In this document: positions 1 to 11,787 of the stretch, piece by piece | How the letters are laid out: every line of letters starts with the position of its first letter | Position numbering within the stretch: position 1 is the stretch's first letter | Assembly (NCBI RefSeq): GCF_964194025.1 | Contig: NC_134472.1 | Span: forward strand, 32,302,001-32,366,000 | DNA from: Convolutriloba macropyga | Taxonomy: Eukaryota | Reading direction: 5' to 3' | DNA length: 64,000 bases | Made by a program: the position numbers and the translations under genes | The notes under the pieces: generated by a model | The model's input: the letters and a program-made list of their open reading frames with translations, nothing else | The model's database searches: none | Told to the model about the DNA's origin: nothing

Positions 1-1316
1 AGAAAAGCAGTGGCAATAATAAGGAACTTTCTCTTCTTTCTCATTTGTTTCTTAGTCATCTGACGCGATTCCTCCAGTTTTAATTAATTATCGTTCCTTT
101 TCTCAATTGATGGTCAATCAAACTGGTGCGTCGCAATGCAGAGAGATTTTTTAAAATCAACTTCCGGCCATGAAATTTGCGGTCAGAATCTCCCAGGCTA
201 TCTACCCAAATGTCAAGTGACTCGCATATATAGTGTACCTCATAGGACCGGAGCATTAGCGAACAGGAGTGATTATGATAGACAGCAATTGGCGGTCTTT
301 ACTCATCCGTTTTTAATAACATGTTAGAACCTAATTCTTGGTAGCCCGGGGGAATTCTAATTGTGTGAGAGGGTAACTGAGTAGAGCATTGTACTAAGAC
401 TAGCTAGGAAAGAAATATAGTCTTAGGAGGTCAAATAAGGGTAACTTAGACCAATGCGCAGTAAAAACACAAATTCACTGCGAACATTTTGGAAGTGCAT
501 TTCTATTAATTAGATAAAGTACTGGACTAAGTTAATGTGCCCCGATTGCGTGATCTTTTGCCCTCGATGCTCTTTGTTTATTAGACAAGTGCTTTTCGAG
601 CAAAACGATAGATCGAGTAAAAAGATTAATGAGCTTCTCTATCATCAATGTCTGGATTATCGAAAAGCAGTAGGTAAATCTGGTTAGACCACCTATGTAC
701 AAGGCTTATCAATAGTCCAACAAAACAGTACATAGCTGTTGTGCTAAGTTAATGACTTTGCCATCCTCTAAGAGGAGTACTCCAACAAAATTACAAACAA
801 ATATTTTGCATCGAAATTTGGTTATTTTAGTTAAGACTAGTTCTTGATTATGTCAACTTGGCATCTTGTATAGTGGAATCGTTGAATTCCGCTCTTTAAT
901 GTGGCTTCTCCTGGGCAAGGGGGGTTGCTACCCAATCAAAATCTTCATCCCAGGAAGATCAATAAGGATTTAATCTCTTTAACCAGTGGCGACTCTACAA
1001 AATATATTTCATAAAATTTGTTAAACCCAAAATTTTTGCATATCAAAGATGAGAGAAAATTCGATTTAAAGAAATTAACTGGGTTCTATTGTGATACTCC
1101 AATCACTATAAACACCAAAAACCGTAACATTTCACGTTACTTTTTTGACCTAGCACAGTGCAAAGAAAAAACAAAGAACAAAACCAACAAACCAATCATG
1201 TTTTACTGTCTTTAATGGTTTTAAATGTTGCTGTTAGTCTAGATCTGATGTTTCTGAAATCAAGCGTCCAATGACTATATCTTTGGGTGCTAGAAGTCTT
1301 AAGAGATTTAAAAAAT

Positions 1317-1455
1317 GGTTCTTTCCCATTATAGCCCCTCCCCCAGCTTAGTGATCAGATAACCTATAGCCCCCCCCCCCCTCCAATCATGGTAATTATA
1401 CCATAATGGGGGGCAATAATTTCACCGGGGGGGGGGGCTATAATTGGAAAGACCC
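1317..1455. mobile_element. Short MITE with ~22-bp imperfect TIRs
   Basis: GGTTCTTTCCCATTATAGCCCC at 1317 vs reverse complement of the right end GGGTCTTTCCAATTATAGCCCC (ends 1455); GC-rich island in AT-rich DNA; TSD not resolvable in A-runs. Confidence 0.7.
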
Positions 1456-1920
1456 AAAAAAATATTTCTACGATATTTTTTCAAAATCTCCATAATTTTT
1501 ATATATGAAAAGCGTTTGTCTTTTCGTCTTATTAACTGATAAGAAGTTGATCTTCTTCTTCTTTAAGATTCTCCTTCTTTCAGAAAAGCACAGATTTTCA
1601 AATCAGTTCATTGTTTTTGAAAGCTGTTTTCAACTTTTTCATTAAAAAAATTCTTGATTTATCAGAGCAGTTTTCATCAGAAGTGGCCAAACAAAAAAAA
1701 AAAAAAGAACATTGTTAATTTCCTCTGGTACACATAAGTATAAAAAGCAAATGGTAAAAGAGGCAATGTAAAGTTAAGAATATAACATTATGTAAAATTA
1801 TAAAATCATTAAATTACTTAACTAAAAATTTGACCTTACATTATTAAAAAATGGCCTAAAATGCGAACATAAAATGTTCTCACAATTTTATATGTACATC
1901 GTGAAGATTAAAAATTAAAA

Positions 1921-4900
1921 TTAAAATCTAATGCTCTCAATATCATCTTTAAAATCAGTTACTTTTGGGTCCTTCAAAAATTCTTTCCAAAAATATTCTT
2001 TCAGTTGTTTTTTTAAGGAAGCTTTCGATGTTGTTTTCAGTCTAATATTAGAAGGCAGACTATTATAAATTGGAATGGCTTGTGCAATAAAAGAATCAGT
2101 TAAAAACTTATTGTTCTTTCTTATATCGAAAGTTACTTTTTTTGACCTGTCATGTTGTTTTATTCTCATGGTAGAGAGAGGTTCAATTTTATACGCTGGA
2201 AGATCGTTGCTGAGTAAGCGAATAAAATATTTTGAGCAACGATATTTCAAGAGAAAAGAAACTGGTAGTATTTTGTTGCGAAGTTTGAGATCTGTAGACC
2301 GATCGTATTTTCTCCTATTAAAAATGGATTTTATTCCCCAATTCAATTGTTTTTCTAAAGTTGTGAGTAATGACTTTTGCAACCCTATCAGAATTAGAGC
2401 GGAATAATGTAGATGACTTATTACTATTGCATTAAGTAATAAGACTTTCGTTTTCTGTGGTAAACTTTTACTTAGTGTATTCAAAACTTTTATTCCACAA
2501 GCCATTCTCTGAAGAATCTTTTTCACTTCTCCATCAAATTTTAGTTTGCTGTCTATAATTACGCCAAGATACTTCACACTATTTGATTCTGCTATTCTTT
2601 CATTGTCAACATTCAGAACAGTATTTGTTAACCTCTTCCTGGTGCTGAACACAATATATTCTGTTTTTTGTTTGTTCACTACTAACTGGGACTTTGCAAA
2701 AAAATCAATAATTTTTGAGATGTTATGTTCAAGTTTTGTTTTTGCCGATATTTCATCAGTGTCGGATGTAAAAAGAAAAGTGTCGTCTGCGTACTGTACA
2801 ACCGTGCAATCCTCTTCAACAATCTTTGCTAAATCGTTGACGTAAATGTTAAATAATAGAGGTCCTAAAATAGTACCTTGTGGAACTCCTCTCTTCAAAT
2901 TTATCCAGTCCGATTCAATTCCATTCAGAACAACTCTTTGCGTTCTTTTACTCAAATAATTCTCTACTAAATTGGTAGCATGTTCATCGAAACCTATATT
3001 TTCTAGTCTCCGTAACAGTATTTTGTGGTTTATAGAATCAAAAGCCTTTGAAAGATCTAAAAACGCCCCTGTAACATTTTTTTTCTTGTTGAGTTCTAAT
3101 CTTATTTGTTCTGTCGATTTCAGGATAGCATCAATTGTTGAAATTTGTTTTCTATAACCAAATTGACTAGCCGACAATAATTGCTCTCTTTCGAGGAAAC
3201 TTGTGATTTGTGAACTGAACGCCTTTTCAAAAATTTTTGACAAAGCAGAAGTGACAGAAATAGGTCTATAATTGAGTGGGTCTTCGGGATTCCCTTTTTT
3301 GAAGAGTGGAGTTACACAAGCTTTTTTAAGATCTTCTGGAAATTTTCCTTCTGTAATGAATTGATTAATGAGATAACATAGTGGTTCCGCTAGCGCTGCT
3401 TTAGCATCTTTTATTGCCCAAGCTGGTATTTTTGAAGGACCGACTGGTTTACTTGTATTCAAAGAATCTATGAGCACATTTGTTTCCTTGGTTGTTATAT
3501 ATCGGAAATTTAAACACTTTCTCGGAGCAGTTTTAGGAGGAATGTGGTTTGTTTGTTGCAAGCCAATAAACTCTCCCAAAGTCGAAAATTTGTAATTTAG
3601 AAGATTTGCGATTTCCATGGGCTTTGTTATCTTATCACCAAAACTGTTTAATAAAGATTGAATTCTTGCTTGAGTCTTTTCTTTATTACGAAGATCTTGA
3701 ATGAATTTCCATCTGGCTTTTTCACTGTTTAACTCCATAAAACTTGAAAGAAGTTGTTTTTCTTTTTGACGGATTAAATCATTTTTAGTTTCATCATCGC
3801 TAATTCTTGAAAACTGTCTTTTTGTTTCCTCACATAACCATTTTTCTTGAAGCAAGAATTTTGGTTTATCTGTTCTAATATAACAGGTTTTAATTAGAGC
3901 ATGTAGTGCTAATGCTCTTTCAATAATTCTTTGAAATTCTAATAACATCATATCTCCTGTCACTGCACCGTAAAAGTGTCTCCAGTCTGAATTTTTAATA
4001 AAATTTTGGAATGCTATGGCTGAATATTTTTTTTTGTCAAAAAACTTTTTCTTTGTTGTTTTTGATTTTAGCATCACAGATTTAAGAACTGTGATTGTTG
4101 CAAAATGATCAGTTTTCAAAATCGTATCCGCTACTATGCCAGTTTCGAAATCGTCTGTTATGATATAATCGATAAGTGTTGAAGAAGAGTTAATCATTCT
4201 TGTAGCTGTGTCATTATTCGTTGGTTTAAGGTCATATGGAGAAATTACAGATTGCAGCAGACTTCTGTCGCGCTTTGCAAAATAGTTTAAATTGTAGTCT
4301 CCAGCAAGTATGACAGATTTTCCTTCAGCCATAGCAAGATCAATTCCCAGGACCAATTTTTCCAAAAACATCTTAACAAGTTTTTTTTCCGGACAGTATG
4401 ATAAATTCAAAACGCATTTATTTTTTTGTATGCTCAACTCAACCCATAAACTTTCAAAAATTGTATCCGGAAAGCAGTTGAGATCATCGCGGAGACGAGG
4501 TTTTAATAATTTTGGAATGTACATGATAATACCACCACCTTTTGTTTTTGTTGTTTGGATGCGATCTTTTCGAAAACAGTCAAAGTTTTGCTTATCTATA
4601 TGCCAAAATTCTTCCGGATGGTTTTGTGACAACCATGTTTCACTAAACGCATATATGCAGTTGTAACCAATGTCTTGAATGAGTTCTTTCAACAGCAGAT
4701 GTTGTCCTGCTAAACTTCTGGCTTTTTGATGTAGAATTTTTATTCTGGAATCAAATAATTTTAACTTTTTCATCATAAGTGCATATGGCAGAACTGGTCC
4801 AGGGTTTATTTCGATATCACCACTTTTTAGTAGAAGATACCATATAACAACCAAGAAAAAGGAAAAGTTGAATTTGGATGGTGAAGCACATTGTTTGCTG

Positions 4901-5022
4901 TTACAGATTCCTTTGAATGAAGGTATTCGAGATGCATAAGGAAGACTGTAAAAACATTCTGAAATACTATCGGAGGATGTGAGTAGTACACATAGTATAA
5001 CTATGAGTCGAATACCTGCCAT
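1921..5022 (-). CDS. LINE ORF2: hydrophobic leader + 2A peptide + APE endonuclease + reverse transcriptase
   Basis: APE motifs FSETW, LAGDYN, LIDYI, KTDH; RT motifs NYRPIS, QFGYR, FLDLSKAFD, GVPQG, QYADD, YLG; GDIEINPGP at aa 68-76. Confidence 0.95.
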   Translation of the reverse strand: MAGIRLIVILCVLLTSSDSISECFYSLPYASRIPSFKGICNSKQCASPSKFNFSFFLVVIWYLLLKSGDIEINPGPVLPYALMMKKLKLFDSRIKILHQKARSLAGQHLLLKELIQDIGYNCIYAFSETWLSQNHPEEFWHIDKQNFDCFRKDRIQTTKTKGGGIIMYIPKLLKPRLRDDLNCFPDTIFESLWVELSIQKNKCVLNLSYCPEKKLVKMFLEKLVLGIDLAMAEGKSVILAGDYNLNYFAKRDRSLLQSVISPYDLKPTNNDTATRMINSSSTLIDYIITDDFETGIVADTILKTDHFATITVLKSVMLKSKTTKKKFFDKKKYSAIAFQNFIKNSDWRHFYGAVTGDMMLLEFQRIIERALALHALIKTCYIRTDKPKFLLQEKWLCEETKRQFSRISDDETKNDLIRQKEKQLLSSFMELNSEKARWKFIQDLRNKEKTQARIQSLLNSFGDKITKPMEIANLLNYKFSTLGEFIGLQQTNHIPPKTAPRKCLNFRYITTKETNVLIDSLNTSKPVGPSKIPAWAIKDAKAALAEPLCYLINQFITEGKFPEDLKKACVTPLFKKGNPEDPLNYRPISVTSALSKIFEKAFSSQITSFLEREQLLSASQFGYRKQISTIDAILKSTEQIRLELNKKKNVTGAFLDLSKAFDSINHKILLRRLENIGFDEHATNLVENYLSKRTQRVVLNGIESDWINLKRGVPQGTILGPLLFNIYVNDLAKIVEEDCTVVQYADDTFLFTSDTDEISAKTKLEHNISKIIDFFAKSQLVVNKQKTEYIVFSTRKRLTNTVLNVDNERIAESNSVKYLGVIIDSKLKFDGEVKKILQRMACGIKVLNTLSKSLPQKTKVLLLNAIVISHLHYSALILIGLQKSLLTTLEKQLNWGIKSIFNRRKYDRSTDLKLRNKILPVSFLLKYRCSKYFIRLLSNDLPAYKIEPLSTMRIKQHDRSKKVTFDIRKNNKFLTDSFIAQAIPIYNSLPSNIRLKTTSKASLKKQLKEYFWKEFLKDPKVTDFKDDIESIRF

Positions 5023-5089
5023 TTTTGGTTATATCTGATTATAAATCATTACACGTTGCCAAATAGCTTAAAAACAACAGAAACTGCAG

Positions 5090-5983
5090 CTAAAATCCAT
5101 TTGTATAACGATATGTTTGTCTCCATGGTTTGTAAGTGTTAGCCCTACTCACGTATGCACTTTGAGAATATTGCAAAGGTTGTAATCGAACAAGATTACA
5201 AGAAGTTAAAAGAAAATGACTTAAAACTGCGTTTTTAATAAACGGAATTCCCTGCTGAAAATTAAAATGTATGTCATCGTAAAAGAGAGCGTTGTAATTT
5301 GCCATTTGACTCAACATGTTGCACACAGGAAGTATTTTGATTTTTTCAGTGTTTTCTTGTGTAATATACTCTCGCAGTTTTTCATTGAATTCATAAATTT
5401 TGTTGTTTGTCTGTTCGTTTTTCGGCAATTTTTTTAAAGGAGGCACTTCCATCAATACCAATGATTCTGGGCTGAACTTTTCCTGTATTGCAGAGACAAG
5501 ATCTTTGTAATCTGAGAATAATGTTTCTAAATGATCACTTTTTTGTTTTAGAATAGCATTGGTCCCATCCTGTAAAATAACTGTTTTCATCTTTTTTTGA
5601 TCGTAACCCTGTAATAATTGCAATTTCTCCTTTGTTGTCGAGCCTGGGTAAGCATGTATACTGCAGTCCTGAGGAAATGTCCGATCTCTTGCCAGGTGTT
5701 TGATTATACTACTACCAATTAAAAAATTTTCTGTTTTCTCCTCGATCTCTAATGTTTCAAACTTTCGAATAAAAACGTCATTTTTTGCACTTGTGTTAAT
5801 CGTTGGTGTTATAATAGCTGAATTAGTTGTTACCTGTGTCGATTTTTTAAGGAATTCACTCACGGTTACCACATGCTCGGCGATGAGACTGTCCTTCTCC
5901 TCTAATTTTTGATAAAGTTCGCAATAAATTTTATAAAGATCCGCTTTTGAATAACTATTAAACTTTTCTGCAGTCATCATCAT
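5090..5983 (-). CDS. LINE ORF1: N-terminal coiled-coil-like region + SGNH/GDSL esterase domain
   Basis: Block I LIGSSII, block II YPG, block III QDGTN, block V DDIH; lies directly upstream of ORF2. Confidence 0.85.
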   Translation of the reverse strand: MMMTAEKFNSYSKADLYKIYCELYQKLEEKDSLIAEHVVTVSEFLKKSTQVTTNSAIITPTINTSAKNDVFIRKFETLEIEEKTENFLIGSSIIKHLARDRTFPQDCSIHAYPGSTTKEKLQLLQGYDQKKMKTVILQDGTNAILKQKSDHLETLFSDYKDLVSAIQEKFSPESLVLMEVPPLKKLPKNEQTNNKIYEFNEKLREYITQENTEKIKILPVCNMLSQMANYNALFYDDIHFNFQQGIPFIKNAVLSHFLLTSCNLVRLQPLQYSQSAYVSRANTYKPWRQTYRYTNGF

Positions 5984-6164
5984 GATTGGAATATATTACA
6001 GGAGGATATTTACAGGAGTAATTTACAATTATTGATATTTACAATTAGAACTATGTTACAGAATCTGTTGCTTAAAAAGAACTATTGTGCTAACGTTTAA
6101 AACTAGCAATGCATAAGAAAGTGTTTAAAAAATGAAGGTCAAGAAGCAACTGTACAGAATGAAA

Positions 6165-6236
6165 GAATTGTGTGTTGTGTGAAATTGTGTGTTGTGTGAA
6201 GAATTGTGTGTTGTGTGAGAATTGTGTGTTGTGTGA
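6165..6236. repeat. 4 x ~18-bp tandem repeat (GAATTGTGTGTTGTGTGA) in the LINE 5' UTR
   Basis: Read directly from the sequence. Confidence 0.9.
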
Positions 6237-8834
6237 CATTACTTGTGAGACAAACCATTACTTCTTTGACAAGTCATTCCCTTATACCTATTGGAATAGG
6301 TGGTCAAAAGCTATAACACAACTACCTTTGCTGCCTCATTAATTAGAGCCGGAGTTTGAGAAAGTAGTTCTGCAACACAAAAGGGACGACTATTTTGGGT
6401 CAAATTTCATTTGGGATTTGTTAATAGATGATTTTTTGGACAGATGAGTTATTGCAGTTTTTTGCACAGTTCTGATTGTACTACCATACTATCAAATGTA
6501 AAAAAAAGTGAATGTGACTCGTAGGCTACCGGCTCAACAAATCAACAAATATCCTTAACATCAAAGATCTTGCTTAATTATTTAGATAGCCAAAGGGTAC
6601 GAAGTGTATTAAACTTTAATTAAAATTGAAATTAGGCGTATAGTTTTGCAAATTATTGAATGAGAAGTTTCCCTCATTTTTTCTAGATGTGAAGAAGCCA
6701 AATGTTTCCGTTTCCAAGGCGAGGCAAGTGCTTTCGTTTCAGGTTTCGATGCGAAATGTCAAAAGTATTAGTGGGTTTGGCCGTACCTTGGGTTCTCTAA
6801 TGCTGATTATCGTTCTCGTAGAGCTTTCAATCACTAAGTTTATGCCGAGTTGTTTGGTTGCTTCTAGAGCGTAATGACAACCGTGTGTCTGTGTATCAAA
6901 TCAACTGCTATAGCTATTACAACAGATGCGATACCTCCTACTAAGCAAGAGCTCACGGAATGACTTCATAACTCAAAAGGCTGTAAAATTACAACTTTTT
7001 GTTTTTTCGTCTATGAAAATCCAATGTAATAAAATTTTCATAAAAATAATGTTCTAAAAAATCCAATTTTCAAAGAGAAGCTGAAAAGTGCCAAGGAAAT
7101 TGCAAAACATATGCTTCAATTCGAAAGTGCAATAAACTGGAAAATTTTGATTTTATAGTTATGCGACATTTATGGAGAAGTCATAGTCACAAAACTTCCA
7201 TTAATAACAAAACTGCACTGCTGCGAATTTCTTATAAATTTTTGAATGTATGAATGAAGCCGATGCATCATTATACGAAAGTTTTTTATTCGAATTTTTT
7301 GTTTTACCCCGTTATTTGGGAGTTTCATTAGTAGCACAAATCACAATTTCTATAAATTAGAACACATTAATTTTCCAATGTGCATGGTTTTCTCGTCAAT
7401 GACATAGAAGTAACCGTCCAATTTCAATGTTCATTAATTTAACACGAAAACTACGTGTGCTTGTAGTTTAAAGACCTTTTCGATAAGAATTTAATGCAGT
7501 TCTCTGATGATATAATGTTCAGTTACACCTTACAATTGTCAAAAAGCTACCTGAGTTTTGTATCATCTAATACAAGAGTAAGAACAAAATTTGTTTCATA
7601 TTACTATTAGTTAAATGATCAGTTTCAGAACAAAAGCAAAAACTGCGCGTAAAGTAAACACACTTTAGTTGAGTTTTTGCACTAAAAGCTAGTAGTTGCA
7701 CTCGACTTACAGGCCACGGCCACTTCATAAATAATTTAATACGTCAAAAAAATATTAGTCTACTGTGAATTAGGTTTATAACAGCTATTTCAGTACTCTA
7801 ATAAAAAACGGCACACAGCTTTAATGGCGCTGAGATTACTTCCACGGTTCTCTAAATTGGCACATTCAGAAAAGTGCAAATCATTTGATTTTTGTAAAAA
7901 ACATGATCAGATATTTCATTGCTATAGTTAATTCACGGACTTGGTGTTCTTAATCACAGTTGAATCTTCCTGTTAACAGTTCATTCTTGATTAAAAGTCT
8001 TGATTCGTATTGTAATCATCGATGCTTTTTCCTTAGCTCGTCCCTAATTGGTGTTTTTTCCAAGTTTTCGTTTCTTTTAATCATACAAAACCTTTTGTTC
8101 GACTCAAACGTGATAACCTCAAAATACTTCATAAATGCAATATCATTGCGTAATTAAAACTTACGTCAACCTGGACAAATTGTCGTGTTGGCCACTTCGT
8201 AACAAAATCGATACGCAGAGTTTTTGCTTTCAAAAACAATGTTCTCAGTTTGATTCCGACAGTTAAATTTCAAAATTACAGAAAAATCACGATGTGTTCG
8301 GAGAGCTTTGCTAAATTTTGAGTTAAAAGAATCTCCGGTCTTACAACCTCTTTCACGCCTCCTTGATTAAACGCCTCTCTGATTAGTGACGGGTTTCAAA
8401 TCATTCCTGCTCAGTTCAATACGTTCAGTCACATTCTTTGGTTTTTATATGCCTTGCAAGTGAATATTATATTACCTACACAGATTTCGAACCAAAACGG
8501 AAGCAAACTGAGTTAGTTCGTATTGTAGGCCAACCATCAGCCATGAAAAGAACAGTTGCGTTCTCGCATAGTTTTCCTCCTGCAAAAACAAAGTCTCATG
8601 GGTGGCACCTTCTTGATATTTGAACATACTAGCTTTAAGATTTAAATTATGTTTACTAAAAGATAAATCCAGTATTAAATACAAGGCCGGGTCGAACAAA
8701 TAGTTATGACTTCACTTTTTCAGTAATTAAAAACAAAAATTTGTTGAGATTTCTACCTATTTTTGGTTCGAAAAGAGAAAAACATTAGTTCACAATAAGT
8801 GTAGAATCAGCATCAGAAACTTCATTCTCTCTTT

Positions 8835-9034
8835 NNNNNNNNNNNNNNNNNNNNNNNNNNNNNNNNNNNNNNNNNNNNNNNNNNNNNNNNNNNNNNNNNN
8901 NNNNNNNNNNNNNNNNNNNNNNNNNNNNNNNNNNNNNNNNNNNNNNNNNNNNNNNNNNNNNNNNNNNNNNNNNNNNNNNNNNNNNNNNNNNNNNNNNNNN
9001 NNNNNNNNNNNNNNNNNNNNNNNNNNNNNNNNNN
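8835..9034. other. Assembly gap (200 N)
   Basis: Run of N. Confidence 1.
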
Positions 9035-9251
9035 AACTTAACAGAAAATGTGAATCATAAACATGAGCCCAAAAAAATTACTTCGTCTAATTACAGGTTG
9101 CCACCTTGCTTATACTTTTTGATATTCAGTTTCTGATCAAGTGTAGCCAAACTGTTGGTTAGATTTGGTTTTAATCATTCATGACATTTTATCTAATTTT
9201 TAGACAAGCGCACAAGTAAAATTATTGTAAGAAGATAGCAGAAACTTCAAA

Positions 9252-9726
9252 CATAGCTGGTTTATTGCCAGAAAATAGCCGCAATAGATTCGTAGATCGG
9301 CAGTCTGAAAAAAACAGTAAAAGAGACGAAAAAATTTTGTCTTTTCATTGAAGGCTGATCTGTTATATTTTGATTATAAAAAATCTGTATAAGTTATTGC
9401 TGCCTCTATTAGCTGATCTCAAATAACCTTCATTTAGAGTAACACACACCCATTTGACCTTATCTCTTTGAATTAAAGTAAACAAAAGTCAATTTCAAAG
9501 TGAGGAAGTCATTTTTGAGAGTGAGGTAAGTCAAGTGTGACCAAAAATTTAATAACGCGCATGAACAAAAAAATTCGCTCCACTAAGAGCGAAAAATGAC
9601 GTCACATGCAATTCAGTTGAAATTGCATGAACGAATGAACAAAAAAGTGGCTGTGACGTCATATGATAGTAACAAAAAACCAAGAGAAGGCCAATAATAG
9701 CCCCAGCTATCGCTGCGCGGCTATTA
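9252..9726 (-). mobile_element. Non-autonomous Helentron-like (HINE/DINE-1 type) element, copy A
   Basis: Minus strand: T-run, subTIR TAATAGCCGC, nearby inverted GGGGCTAT ... 3' GCGGCTAT, stem-loop CTGG-caataaa-CCAG, CTATG, T-run; closely similar copy at 34285-34702. Confidence 0.7.
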
Positions 9727-11213
9727 AAAAACTAAATCAACTAAACTCTTGTGATCAATGCTAACGGTAGTAGCTGATAAAAGTTTCTATGCTAGTAGCG
9801 ATCTTGTGAGGAGTAGCAATAACAAATTTAGATTGTGAATTCCGATCAGATGCTTTTCACTGATGGTGACTCAAAAAGGCCGATTTGAAAAAAAAAATTC
9901 CGGCATGCAATAGAAGATATCTTTCCCCAAGAACATTCAATCATCAAGCCATTGAGTCCCATAGGACAAACACCGGTCATGAGTAATTTCTGACGGTTTC
10001 TTCACTATTTTCCACTGCCAATTTGAGAGAACTTTTTTGTGGTTGGAACAAAAACAATGGTCCAATATCTGAATTTTTCTTTGCTTTCAATAGTTTGCCG
10101 TTGAAAATTAGCTGACCAAAATTTTCATTTTCTGTCCAAAGTCGTTGTAGACAATACTTTGCGATTCACCGTCTTTAACAAACGATTAGTACAAACTTCA
10201 CAATAGGAACGAAAAACTACGTACACCATGAGATAGATTTCCACTTGCTTTTAGCCGTTCGAAGTCTACTAGACTGCTTGAATAAATTTAACAAATATTT
10301 CTAATGACGTCTGTCAAATTCATTCCACAACTCCCCAAAAAATTTAAGTATTTCTGGAACCGAGCTTCAAAATCCGCCGTACACTTTCAATTGCAGACAG
10401 TACAGACAGTAAATTGTGTAAACTAATGACTAAATTGTGTTCCACGTCTTCGACCTAATTGCGGATTAAGGCCAAACTGCAGATTGGGGCAAATGCATAT
10501 CATGGATTAAAGAAGCCTTGGTATCTGAATTAGATCTTAAGTAGTTACAGCAAAATTCACTATATCAATACTTAGGCTGATTGAGATTATTCCTACGTAA
10601 GGCATTCCTCAACATTTTTTGTTGATGCTAGGAGAAATCAATGTCGCCATTTTTGGGTAATGGATTTTTGTAGGTTCTTTGTGTTGATACAAACTTTGCT
10701 TGCGCAGATAGTATTAGCGGATTATGGTAATTGACCATTTTTATGCAATTGCGCAAACTTCAGTTAATTTCCAACATCGCTTACAACCCTATTCTTAAAA
10801 ACTCGTGAACGAAAAAGCGCTACAATTTCAAGCGAGTACTTACAGTCGCTGGAGTGCGCTTTCTGTATTTTGGCGCCCAATACTATCTTTGAACAATTGT
10901 TTGTTTGAGCGGAGGAAGCGCAAATTAAATCTTCAAAACTCACGCTCAATTGCAAATGATAAAAACAAAGAATATCACTATTTGCGAAGCAGGATTCCAT
11001 TGGTTTGAACTATCGCAAAAAAGCTCGGCTTGAAGGGAAAATATGTTCAATGAGTCAAAAGCCCATAGTATTGCTCAACAAGATTTAAAACTTCTGAAAA
11101 TGTATCCTCGACTTTTCTCTAAGAAAAACTCTCTATAAAACTATTATGAATTTTTTAATAACTTATCTACAATATTTATCACGAATTATATTCAATTAAT
11201 GTGCATTCAGAAT

Positions 11214-11482
11214 CTATTTAGCTTTAGTGGAATGTGCGACTTGGGAATGAGTTTTGAGACACTTCCTGATGAACTTGAATACTTCTTCGTAGTCGTCTTG
11301 TTTGAAGCGCACATTCTCAAGTAGTCGCTTTGCACTGATCGGTTTGATCACAGTGTGGCTTTTGGGATCAGTACCTGCATCTTGGACATTGAGCCACCCT
11401 TTGACGTCTTCTACGATATCCTCGTCCGAGACGGAGTCGGCAAGGACGTCCTTCTTATTTGCCAGTATCAGACAGGGGTAGT
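11214..11482 (-). CDS. Arf/Arl-like small GTPase-fold protein, last coding exon
   Basis: G4 LILANKKD and G5 ISAK motifs; acceptor gttgtag| at 11484-11483 is phase-compatible with the donor at 28772, joining as LSP-D-YPCLILANKKD. Confidence 0.75.
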
Positions 11483-11563
11483 CTACAACCACAATATAGT
11501 ACAGTTCCCAGCGTCAAATAAGTACAGATTTTCATTAGCTTCGGCGAAAATTTGTTCCGACCC

Positions 11564-11787
11564 AGTAGTAGTAGGCGAGCAGAGCTGGGGGGGGGGGGTA
11601 AAAGGACGTACCTATGTATAAAGATTACCTATAGCCTATTTTCATCAATTTTCCAAAGACGTACCTAAAAAAGAGAGTGAGAACAATAGACCTGTCATCT
11701 TATCGTAATTACCCAGGTGTAATTATCGTAATTACACCAGGGAAATGCATCCGCTCTAATGCACTTCAGCTAATCTTATCTACTTAA
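11564..11787 (+). repeat. Polinton left terminal inverted repeat (224 bp)
   Basis: Matches the reverse complement of 26260-26482 except for 3 substitutions and 1 G in the G-run. Confidence 0.97.

Larger units (their letters stand above)
1692..6250 (-). mobile_element. Non-LTR retrotransposon (LINE), CR1/L2/Crack-like group, apparently full length; ends approximate
   Basis: Open ORF1 (esterase) followed by open ORF2 (APE + RT); tandem repeat in 5' UTR; no clear TSD. Confidence 0.85.

Noticed and set aside
600-1000. Possible decayed LTR-retrotransposon integrase on the minus strand (KYLFVILLEYSS-like)
   Set aside because: Multiple stops and shifts; no complete DDE motif recognisable without a search
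2075-4666. Plus-strand ORFs antisense to LINE ORF2 (likewise those opposite pPolB, photolyase, ATAD2 and TBCCD1)
   Set aside because: Shadow ORFs of long coding regions with no recognisable motifs
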